Positions 7,544 to 15,396 of a stretch of DNA of 64,000 nucleotides are shown in pieces (positions within the stretch are counted from its first letter, which is position 1; the number at the start of each line of letters is the position of its first letter). The DNA is taken from NCBI RefSeq assembly GCF_041905565.1, contig NZ_JAYRKX010000014.1, positions 19,041 to 83,040 of the forward strand, in the 5' to 3' direction. The position numbers and the translations under genes were made by a program. The stretch comes from Novosphingobium sp. (GTDB taxonomy: Bacteria; Pseudomonadota; Alphaproteobacteria; Sphingomonadales; Sphingomonadaceae). The notes under the pieces are model-generated. The model ran no database searches, had not been told where the DNA came from, and saw only the letters and a list, made by a program, of their open reading frames with translations.

Positions 7544-9337
7544 TTACCCCTCGACCAGCTCCGCCAGTTCCAGCCAGCGTTCCTCGGCCGCGTCCTTTTC
7601 GGCGCGGGCGGCCTCGATTGCCTTGCTCAGCGCGGCGAATTTCGCCGGGTCGCGGGTGTAGAGGTTCGCGTCTGACAGCGCAGCCTCGTCGCGGGCGATC
7701 TGGGCGAGCAATTCCTCGATCCGGCTGGGCAGCAGATCGTAGTCGCGCTGGTCCTTGTAGGACAGCTTGGCCTTTTTGGGCGGCGGCGGGGGCAGCGGCG
7801 CGGCCACGTCGGCAGCGGCCTTCGCGGCTTTCGGCGCGTTGGCGGTGCGGCGCTGCTGGCGCTGCTTTTCCCAGTCGGCATAGCCGCCCGCGACGACATC
7901 GACCTTGCCGCTGCCGTCCAGCCCCAGCGTGACGGTAACCGTGCGGTCAAGGAAGTCGCGGTCGTGGCTGACGATCAGGACGGTGCCGTCGTAATCGGCG
8001 ATCACTTCCTGCAGCAGGTCGAGCGTTTCGAGATCGAGATCGTTGGTCGGCTCGTCCAGCACCAGCAGGTTCGATTTGCGGGCAAATTCGCGCGCCAGCA
8101 GCAGGCGGCTGCGCTCCCCGCCCGACAGAGTGCCGACGCGGGCTTCGACCAGGCCGGGGTCAAACAGGAAGTCCTTGAGATAACCCTGGATGTGCTTGCG
8201 CACCCCGCGCACGTCGATCCAGTCGCCGCCTTCGGCCAGCACGTCGCGGATGCGCTTTTCCGGCGCCATCAGGCTGCGCTGCTGGTCGATCATCACCCCT
8301 TGCAGCGTCTTGGCGAGCGTAACGGTGCCGCTATCGGGCGCGAGTTCGCCGGTCAGCAGCTTGAGCAGGGTGGTCTTGCCCGCGCCGTTCGCGCCGACCA
8401 GGCCGATCCGGTCGCCCCGGGTGATGCGCAGCGAGAAGTCCTTGATGATCGTGCGGTCACCGAAGTGCTTGGTGACCTTGTCGGCGACGATCACCGCCTT
8501 GCTCTTGGCATCGTCGGTGGCGATGGCGAGCTTTGCCGCGCCTTGCGGGGTCAGCATGGCGGCGCGCTGGGCGCGCATCTCCCACAGTTTTTCCAGCCGG
8601 CCCTGGTTGCGCTTGCGCCGCGCGGTGACGCCGCGTTCCAGCCAGTGCGCCTCAAGCTTCAGCTTGGCGTCGAGCTTGTCGGCAGCGCGGGCTTCCTCGG
8701 CGTAGATCTGTTCCATCCAGGCTTCGTAGCCACCAAAGCCCACTTCCTTGCGGCGCAGCGAACCGCGGTCGAGCCACAGCGTTGCCTTGGTCAGCCGGGT
8801 CAGGAAGGTGCGGTCGTGGCTGATGACCACGAAAGCGCCCTTGTAGCGGTTCAGCCAGTCTTCCAGCCAGTCGATCGCGGCCAGGTCGAGGTGGTTGGTC
8901 GGTTCGTCCAGCAGCAGCAGATCAGGCTCGCTGGCGAGTGCACGGCACAGCGCGGCGCGGCGGCGTTCGCCCCCGCTGGCGCTGTTGGCATCACGCGACA
9001 GGTCGATGCCAAGCTGGCCGGCGATGGCCTCCACCTCGTGCCGGGGTGGGGCGTCCGGGCCGGACAGGGTGAAATCCAGCAGCGTATCGAACCCGGTGAA
9101 GAACGGGTCCTGTTCCAGCATGACCACGCGGGTGCCCGGCTGGATCGAGCGCTTGCCCTTGTCCGCCTCGATCTCGCCGCCGATCAGCTTGAGCAGGGTG
9201 GTCTTGCCCGCGCCGTTGCGCCCGATCAGCGCCAGCCGGTCACGCGGGGCGATGTGCAGGTCAAGGTCGCGGAAGAGCCAGCCAGAGCCTTGTTGCAGGC
9301 CCAGGCCTTCCCAGGAAAGTATCGGTGCGGCAGCCAT
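7544..9337 (-). CDS. ABC-F family ATPase (Uup-like, no TM domain)
   Basis: 597 aa. Two Walker A loops (GRNGAGKTT, GANGAGKTT), two ABC signatures (SGGERRR, LSGGERSR), and a charged C-terminal coiled-coil tail. Confidence 0.9.
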   Translation of the reverse strand: MAAAPILSWEGLGLQQGSGWLFRDLDLHIAPRDRLALIGRNGAGKTTLLKLIGGEIEADKGKRSIQPGTRVVMLEQDPFFTGFDTLLDFTLSGPDAPPRHEVEAIAGQLGIDLSRDANSASGGERRRAALCRALASEPDLLLLDEPTNHLDLAAIDWLEDWLNRYKGAFVVISHDRTFLTRLTKATLWLDRGSLRRKEVGFGGYEAWMEQIYAEEARAADKLDAKLKLEAHWLERGVTARRKRNQGRLEKLWEMRAQRAAMLTPQGAAKLAIATDDAKSKAVIVADKVTKHFGDRTIIKDFSLRITRGDRIGLVGANGAGKTTLLKLLTGELAPDSGTVTLAKTLQGVMIDQQRSLMAPEKRIRDVLAEGGDWIDVRGVRKHIQGYLKDFLFDPGLVEARVGTLSGGERSRLLLAREFARKSNLLVLDEPTNDLDLETLDLLQEVIADYDGTVLIVSHDRDFLDRTVTVTLGLDGSGKVDVVAGGYADWEKQRQQRRTANAPKAAKAAADVAAPLPPPPPKKAKLSYKDQRDYDLLPSRIEELLAQIARDEAALSDANLYTRDPAKFAALSKAIEAARAEKDAAEERWLELAELVEG

Positions 9338-9429
9338 GGTGGCAGGCCCCTAGCGGAACTGCGCGGCGAATGCGAGGGGAAGGGGGATGGGGGTTTGACA
9401 CGCCGCCCCGCTTGGGGAAGGGAACGCCC

Positions 9430-10272
9430 ATGCGCACAGTCTGGATCAATGGCGAATTCGTTCCCGAAACCGAAGCCAAGGTGTCGATCTTCGATCGCGG
9501 GCTGAATTTCGGGCAGGCGGTCTATGAAGTATCCCCGGTGCTGGACGGCCATTTCTGCAACTGGCCCCATCACCAGGCGCGGCTGGTGCGCTCGCTGGCG
9601 ACGGTCGGGATCAGCGACGATACGCAGTGGCCGGAAATTCTGCGCGAATTGATCGCGCGCAATAACCTCGTCGAAGGGCGGGTCTACCTCCAGATCACCG
9701 GCGGCGCGCCGGCTGACCGCGATTTCCTCTCTCCATCGCCGCCCGCGCCGCCGACCCGCTTTGCCTTTACCCAGGCCGCGCAGATGGTGGACAGCCCGCT
9801 GGCCACGCGCGGGCTGCGGGTGATGCTGCACCCGGAAGGCCGCTGGACGGTGCGCAGCGCCAAGACCACCCAGCTGTTATACGCCGTCATGGCCAAGGAA
9901 ACCGCGCGCGCGGCCGGGGTGGACGATGCCTGGTTCGTCGAAGATGGCCTGATCACCGAACAGACCAGCGCCAATGCCCACATCATCGACGCGCGCGGCG
10001 TGCTGGTCTCGCACCCGGTGGACTACGGCGTGCTGCCCGGAGTGACGCGGATCTGCACCTTGCAGATCGCCCGCGAGATGGGCCTTACGGTCGAGGAGCG
10101 ACCCTTTACCCCTGACGAATTGTTCGCCGCGCGCGAGGCGTTTGTCTCCGCCGCCGGATCGCTGGTGCTGCCGGTGGTCGAAGTGGACGGCAAGCCGATC
10201 GGCAATGGCGGCCCCGGCACGCTGACCGCCGAGATCCGCGCCCGCTACATTGCCTTGCTCAAAGCCCAATGA
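9430..10272 (+). CDS. Class IV aminotransferase (D-amino-acid / branched-chain aminotransferase family)
   Basis: The true start 'MRTVWINGEFVPETEAKVSIFDRGL' is the typical class IV N-terminus; the track ORF is extended by 35 codons. 280 aa. Confidence 0.85.
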   Translation: MRTVWINGEFVPETEAKVSIFDRGLNFGQAVYEVSPVLDGHFCNWPHHQARLVRSLATVGISDDTQWPEILRELIARNNLVEGRVYLQITGGAPADRDFLSPSPPAPPTRFAFTQAAQMVDSPLATRGLRVMLHPEGRWTVRSAKTTQLLYAVMAKETARAAGVDDAWFVEDGLITEQTSANAHIIDARGVLVSHPVDYGVLPGVTRICTLQIAREMGLTVEERPFTPDELFAAREAFVSAAGSLVLPVVEVDGKPIGNGGPGTLTAEIRARYIALLKAQ

Positions 10273-10316
10273 ACCATTCACCGCTTGTTCAAGGCCGCAT
10301 GGCTAGGTCTGCCGGT

Positions 10317-10613
10317 ATGTTTCGCAAATGCGCCATCCTGACCGCCGCGCTGCTGGCCCTGCCGATCACCGCGGCCCACGCTGGCCCGGCGGGTGAGCAA
10401 TCGCAGGCCCGGCGGGAACTGCGCGCGGGCAAGATCCTGTCGGTCCGCGACATCGAAGCCACGGTGCTGCCGGCGATGAAGGGCTGGGAATACTTGGGCT
10501 TCGAATATGACCCCACGGCGCTGGCCTATCGGCTCAAGTTCCTGCGGCAGGGCAACGTGATGTTCATCGATGTCGATGCGAGAACCGGGGCTATCCTGCG
10601 CCAGACGCGTTGA
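10317..10613 (+). CDS. PepSY domain-containing secreted protein
   Basis: Signal peptide 'MFRKCAILTAALLALPITAAHA'. C-terminal PepSY-like 'YRLKFLRQGNVMFIDVDARTGAIL'. The start is ambiguous: 10269 or 10299 are also possible. Confidence 0.65.
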   Translation: MFRKCAILTAALLALPITAAHAGPAGEQSQARRELRAGKILSVRDIEATVLPAMKGWEYLGFEYDPTALAYRLKFLRQGNVMFIDVDARTGAILRQTR

Positions 10614-10638
10614 GCCTTGCGGCGGACCGGCCTATAGC
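10610..10638 (+). promoter_or_regulatory. Putative sigma70 promoter of the response regulator / kinase operon
   Basis: TTGAGC (10610..10615), 17 nt, TATAGC (10633..10638), located 42 nt upstream of the regulator ATG. Confidence 0.4.
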
Positions 10639-10679
10639 ACTCGCAACAGACCCATTTCCCAGCACAAGGGACACCTGAC

Positions 10680-11354
10680 ATGCGCATCCTGATCGTCGAG
10701 GACGAACCGACCCTTGGCAAGCAGCTCAAGTCCACGCTGGAAGCCACCGGCTATGCCGTGGACCTGTCCACCGATGGCGAGGACGGCCATTTCATGGGCT
10801 CGACCGAGGATTACGACGCGGTGATCCTGGACCTTGGCCTGCCCGAGATTGACGGGCTGACCGTGCTGGGCATGTGGCGCAAGGAAGGCCGCAAGTTCCC
10901 CGTGCTGGTGCTGACCGCGCGTGACAGCTGGTCGGACAAGGTCGCCGGGCTGGATGCCGGGGCCGACGATTACCTGGCCAAGCCGTTCCAGACCGAGGAA
11001 CTGATCGCCCGTCTGCGCGCGCTGATCCGCCGCGCTTCGGGCAATACCAGCAGCGAGCTGATCGCGGGCGACGTGCGACTGGACACCCGTTCGGGCCGCG
11101 TCACGCTGAACGGCGAGCCGGTGAAGCTGACCGCGCAGGAATACAAGCTCTTGTCCTACCTGCTGCATCACAAGGGCAAGGTCGTCAGCCGGACCGAGCT
11201 GATCGAACACATCTACGACCAGGATTTCGACCGGGATTCGAACACGATCGAAGTGTTCGTTACCCGGATCCGCAAGAAGCTGGGCGCCGATGTGATCACC
11301 ACGATCCGCGGGTTGGGCTACAGCCTCGACGATCCGGCGCAGGCGCGCGGCTGA
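10680..11354 (+). CDS. OmpR-family two-component response regulator
   Basis: 224 aa. Receiver domain 'MRILIVEDE...AVILDLGLP', winged-helix output 'LTAQEYKLLSYLL...TIRGLGY'. AAGGGA RBS. Confidence 0.92.
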   Translation: MRILIVEDEPTLGKQLKSTLEATGYAVDLSTDGEDGHFMGSTEDYDAVILDLGLPEIDGLTVLGMWRKEGRKFPVLVLTARDSWSDKVAGLDAGADDYLAKPFQTEELIARLRALIRRASGNTSSELIAGDVRLDTRSGRVTLNGEPVKLTAQEYKLLSYLLHHKGKVVSRTELIEHIYDQDFDRDSNTIEVFVTRIRKKLGADVITTIRGLGYSLDDPAQARG

Positions 11355-11361
11355 CCCACGG

Positions 11362-12753
11362 ATGAGCGAGACGGACCAGCCGCCTCGCAGCGAGACGGGG
11401 CCTGCGCACACCGGTTCGCTGGCGCGGCGCATGATGCTGATCGCGGCGGGCTGGATCACGGTCCTGCTGCTGGGCGGCGGGCTGGCGCTGGATCGCACGC
11501 TGGTCAGCCTGGTTACGCGCAATTTCGACAACCAGTTGGGCTACATGCTGACCGCGATGATCGGTTCGGCCGAAGTCGGTCCCGATGGCGAAGTGTTCTT
11601 CAACCGCCCGCTCGGCGACCAGCGCTTCCTCGAACCGAACAGCGGCCTCTACTGGCAGATCAGCGGCGATGGGCACGAGGATTTCCCCTCGCGCTCGCTG
11701 TGGGATCGCAGCCTGAAGGTCCACGGCGGCCACGTCGACAACGCGCCGCACACCTATGACAGCAACCAGTTCGCGGGCGAACCGCTGCGGATCATGGAAC
11801 GCTCGATCAAGCTGCCGGGCAGCGATACGCGCTGGTGGTTCACCGTGGCCGAAAGCCGCAAGGAACTGGATGAACAGATCCGGCGGATCCGTTCGATCCT
11901 GGCCTGGTCGTTCGTGGTGCTGGGGCTGGGGCTGTTCCTGATGGCCATGGCGCAGACCTGGTATGGCCTTGGCCCGCTGCGCCGCGTGCGGCTGGCGATC
12001 CAGCGGATGCGCGCCGCCGGGGCCAACCGGGTGACCGAGCCGCTGCCGCTGGAAGTCCAGCCGCTGGTGCAGGAGCTCAACGCGCTGCTGGCCCATTCGC
12101 AGCGCCAGGCCGAAGAAGCCCGGACCCATGCCGGCAACCTGGCCCATGCGCTGAAGACCCCGCTGACGGTGGTGATGAACGCCGCCACCGCCAAGGCCCC
12201 GGACCTTTCGGAAACCGTGATCCGCGAAGCGGCGGTGATGCGCCGCCAGGTCGATCACCACCTGGCCCGCGCCCGCGCCGTCGGCCGCCGCGCGGTGGGC
12301 CAGGCGCGCGCCAGCGTGGGCGAAAGCGTGGAAGCGGTGCTGCGCGCAGTGACCCGCCTGTACGAGCGCACCCGCTTCGACCTTGACGGCAACCGCGATG
12401 CGATGATCGCGATCGAGCGGCAGGACCTTGACGAGATCCTCGGCAACCTGATCGAGAACGCGGCCAAGTATGGCGGCGGGTCGGTATTCGTCACGATGGA
12501 CCCGACCGCCGAGACGGAGTGGTGCGAAGTCTGGGTCGAGGATGACGGCATGGGTATTCCCGAGGCGGAGCGCACCCGCATCTTCGATCGCGGCGCGCGG
12601 CTCGATACGGGCAAGCCGGGCACGGGGCTGGGTCTGGCGATCGTGCGCGACGTGGCGGAAATCTATGGTGGATCGGTCACGCTCGATGAAAGCGAGGACC
12701 TGGGCGGCCTCTTGGTCAAGCTGCGCTTGCCGCGGGCACGGGGGAACAAGTGA
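11362..12753 (+). CDS. Sensor histidine kinase
   Basis: 463 aa with two TM segments. H-box 'HAGNLAHALKTPLTV', N-box 'ILGNLIENAAKYG', G1 'VEDDGMGIP', G2 'GTGLGLAIV'. It starts 7 nt after the regulator gene. Confidence 0.9.
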   Translation: MSETDQPPRSETGPAHTGSLARRMMLIAAGWITVLLLGGGLALDRTLVSLVTRNFDNQLGYMLTAMIGSAEVGPDGEVFFNRPLGDQRFLEPNSGLYWQISGDGHEDFPSRSLWDRSLKVHGGHVDNAPHTYDSNQFAGEPLRIMERSIKLPGSDTRWWFTVAESRKELDEQIRRIRSILAWSFVVLGLGLFLMAMAQTWYGLGPLRRVRLAIQRMRAAGANRVTEPLPLEVQPLVQELNALLAHSQRQAEEARTHAGNLAHALKTPLTVVMNAATAKAPDLSETVIREAAVMRRQVDHHLARARAVGRRAVGQARASVGESVEAVLRAVTRLYERTRFDLDGNRDAMIAIERQDLDEILGNLIENAAKYGGGSVFVTMDPTAETEWCEVWVEDDGMGIPEAERTRIFDRGARLDTGKPGTGLGLAIVRDVAEIYGGSVTLDESEDLGGLLVKLRLPRARGNK

Positions 12754-13424
12754 TGCGCAAGGTGATGGCGGCGCTGGCGGGTCTGGCGCTGGGCGGGTGC
12801 AACATGGTCGTGTCCGAAAAGCCGTGGTTCGCCGCCGCCGATGCGTTGCAGCCGGGGCTGAAGGACGGGCTGTGGGTCAACCTCAAGGATGCGAAGTGCC
12901 GGTTCGATCCGGCCGAAGCGATCCAGGACTGGCCCGATTGCGCCCAGCCGATGCTGGTGCAGGGCGGATACTATCGCGGGCCAGGGCCGGGGCAGGACGA
13001 TCCCGGGCAATTGCCGGACGTGGAAAAGTGGGAAAAGCTGGGGCATGTGCTGGCGGCGGGCGAACCGGCGATCGACCAGATCGACCTCTCATCCGCGGAC
13101 GAGCCGGACGCGGCGAAGCCGACCAAGGGCTACCTCTACCTCGCCACCCGGATCACTGCCCGTGACGCGCAGGACCGCGTGGTCGAGGTGGTGCGCTGGC
13201 CGGTAGCCTGCGGGCCGCTGCCCAAGCGCAAGAACAAGGGCGCGGCGCGCGGTGCCGACTATGTCACGGCCACGCCATTCCCGGGTCTGGCGGTGAAGGA
13301 TTCGATCTGCACCGCCAGCGACATCGCCGCGCTGCGCCGCGCTGCCGCCTTGAGCGAAAAGGTTGCCGTGCCCAATGGCACGCCGCCGATCACCAGCCGC
13401 TGGGTGCTCGATACGGCGCCCTGA
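12753..13424 (+). CDS. Hypothetical lipoprotein
   Basis: The ATG overlaps the kinase stop (TGATG). Lipobox 'LALGGC' sits at the end of the signal peptide. Good GC3 bias and no recognisable domain. Confidence 0.6.
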   Translation: MRKVMAALAGLALGGCNMVVSEKPWFAAADALQPGLKDGLWVNLKDAKCRFDPAEAIQDWPDCAQPMLVQGGYYRGPGPGQDDPGQLPDVEKWEKLGHVLAAGEPAIDQIDLSSADEPDAAKPTKGYLYLATRITARDAQDRVVEVVRWPVACGPLPKRKNKGAARGADYVTATPFPGLAVKDSICTASDIAALRRAAALSEKVAVPNGTPPITSRWVLDTAP

Positions 13425-13445
13425 GCGGGCGCGCGGCGCGGCGGT

Positions 13446-13742
13446 TTATTTCCCGCCCTGCGCCTGTTCGTGGTGGCGGATCACTTCATCGATAATGAAG
13501 CGGATGAACTTTTCCCCGAAGTCCGGATCAAGCTGGGCATCGGCGGCCAACCGGCGCAGCCGCTCGATCTGCCGTTCCTCGCGCCCCGGATCGGACGGGG
13601 GCAGGGTCTTTTCCGCCTTGTAGGCGCCCACCGCCTTGGTGATGCGGAAGCGTTCGGCCAGCATGTGGATCAGCGCCGCATCGATATTGTCGATCGAGGC
13701 GCGGAAATTGGCGAGGACGGGGTCGACAGAGGTTCCAGACAT
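13446..13742 (-). CDS. Chorismate mutase (AroQ class, monofunctional)
   Basis: 98 aa. 'LANFRASIDNIDAALIHMLAERFRITKAVGAYK' matches the AroQ helical signature. Confidence 0.88.
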   Translation of the reverse strand: MSGTSVDPVLANFRASIDNIDAALIHMLAERFRITKAVGAYKAEKTLPPSDPGREERQIERLRRLAADAQLDPDFGEKFIRFIIDEVIRHHEQAQGGK

Positions 13743-13840
13743 GGATGCTGCGCTAGCACGGCATTTCGAGCAATTCCATTGCTCCGTTTCAGGTTGATTC
13801 GAGCTTGCCTTCGCCCTGTCATGGGAGCAAGGGCACCCCG

Positions 13841-14857
13841 ATGAGCGCCGATGTGATCCCCCTGCGCCCGCGCGCGGCCGAACCCTCGCTGCAACCGATG
13901 CTGTCGCTGACGGCGGACGGGATGAATTCGGTCAACGCCGTGATCCTCGACCGGATGCAAAGCCGCATTCCGCTGATTCCCGCCCTGGCCGGCCACCTGA
14001 TCGCCGGCGGCGGCAAGCGGATGCGCCCGATGCTGACTCTCGCCGGGGCGGCGCTGTGCGGCTACGAAGGCTCGCGTCATTACAAGCTCGCCGCTGCGGT
14101 CGAATTCATCCACACCGCCACCTTGCTGCACGACGATGTGGTCGATGGCAGCGAACTGCGCCGGGGCAAGGCCACCGCCAATATCATCTTCGGCAATCCC
14201 GCGACCGTGCTGGTCGGCGATTTCCTGTTCACCCGCAGCTTCGAATTGATGGTCGAGGATGGCAGCCTGAAAGTGCTGAAGATCCTCTCGAACGCTAGTT
14301 CGGTGATCTCGGAAGGCGAGGTTGACCAGTTGACCGCCGCGCGCCAGATCGAAACGAGCGAGGATCGCTATCTCTCGATCATCGGCGCGAAGACCGCCGC
14401 GCTGTTCGCCGCCGCCACCCGCATCGCCGCCGTCGTCGCTGAAAAGAGCGAGGCGGAGGAACGCGCGCTGGAAGATTACGGCCGCAACCTGGGCATCGCC
14501 TTCCAGCTGGTCGACGATGCGATGGATTACGATTCCGAAGCCAGCGAAATGGGCAAGGGCAAGGGCGACGATTTCCGCGAAGGCAAGATGACCCTGCCGG
14601 TGATCCTCGCCTATGCCCGCGGCAGCGAGGACGAACGCGCGTTCTGGCGCGATGCCATCGCCGGGCACCGCACCAGCGATGCCGATCTGGCCCATGCCGT
14701 GGAACTGATCGCCCGCCAGGATACCGTCAGCGCCACGCGCGAGCGTGCCCGCCACTATGCCAGCCGCGCGATCGACGCGATCGCCATGTTCCCGGCCAGC
14801 GAAGCCAAGGCGGCCATGACCGAAGCGGCCGAATTCGCGGTTCATCGCCGCTTCTGA
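13841..14857 (+). CDS. ispB: Polyprenyl diphosphate synthase (octaprenyl-diphosphate synthase-like)
   Basis: First aspartate-rich motif 'LLHDDVVDGSELRRG' and second 'FQLVDDAMDY'. A start at 'MSADVIPL' is preferred over the 12-codon-longer track start. Confidence 0.88.
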   Translation: MSADVIPLRPRAAEPSLQPMLSLTADGMNSVNAVILDRMQSRIPLIPALAGHLIAGGGKRMRPMLTLAGAALCGYEGSRHYKLAAAVEFIHTATLLHDDVVDGSELRRGKATANIIFGNPATVLVGDFLFTRSFELMVEDGSLKVLKILSNASSVISEGEVDQLTAARQIETSEDRYLSIIGAKTAALFAAATRIAAVVAEKSEAEERALEDYGRNLGIAFQLVDDAMDYDSEASEMGKGKGDDFREGKMTLPVILAYARGSEDERAFWRDAIAGHRTSDADLAHAVELIARQDTVSATRERARHYASRAIDAIAMFPASEAKAAMTEAAEFAVHRRF

Positions 14858-14944
14858 TCCAGCCTTAGCTTCCCGTCGCCCACCGGCCACGTTCCGGCGT
14901 GAGCCGCGCCGTGCGTGCGGCGAATGGCGGTGCGGATTCACTGC

Positions 14945-14962
14945 GATTTAACCACGTAAATC
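14945..14962. promoter_or_regulatory. Inverted repeat GATTTA-N6-TAAATC containing a CtrA-like half site TTAACCAC
   Basis: Lies about 50-65 nt upstream of the sciP-like start codon. TTAACCAC (14948..14955) differs by one base from the TTAACCAT CtrA motif. A GANTC site (GATTC) lies about 10 nt upstream. Confidence 0.3.
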
Positions 14963-15011
14963 CCACAGTAGCCGTGCTTGGGGGCCATCGTTTCGAACTA
15001 CGACGAGGGCC

Positions 15012-15338
15012 ATGAACATGATCGAATATCGCAATTCCCGCCCCGCAACAGTGATCGGCCCGATGGGCCGGTTGCTGACCGCCGACACTCTGCCACCAAC
15101 CGATACGAGCCGCTGGGTCGCCAGCCGCAAGGCCCAGGTGGTGGTGGCGGTGGAAAGCGGCCTGCTGACGCTGGAACAGGTGCTGGCGCGCTACAATCTC
15201 AGTCACGAGGAATTCGCCAGCTGGCAGCGCGCGATGGACCGCGCCGGGGTATCCGGCCTGCGCGTCGCATCGGTCCGCCGCGAACGGGCGGCGCGGCGCC
15301 GGTCTGGTCCGGCGCACTTGCGGCTGATTCCGGGCTGA
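15012..15338 (+). CDS. sciP: DUF1153 / SciP-like small HTH protein (CtrA inhibitor family)
   Basis: 108 aa with a GAGGG RBS. 'VIGPMGRLLTADTLPPTDTSRWVASRKAQVVVAVESGLLTLEQVLARYNLSHEEFASWQRAMDRAGVSGLRV' closely matches my recollection of Caulobacter SciP-family proteins. Confidence 0.75.
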   Translation: MNMIEYRNSRPATVIGPMGRLLTADTLPPTDTSRWVASRKAQVVVAVESGLLTLEQVLARYNLSHEEFASWQRAMDRAGVSGLRVASVRRERAARRRSGPAHLRLIPG

Positions 15339-15396
15339 CCGGACCGCCAGCGCGGGGCGGCTTGCAGCGCGCGCGCTTTCGCCTAATCAGGCGGGC

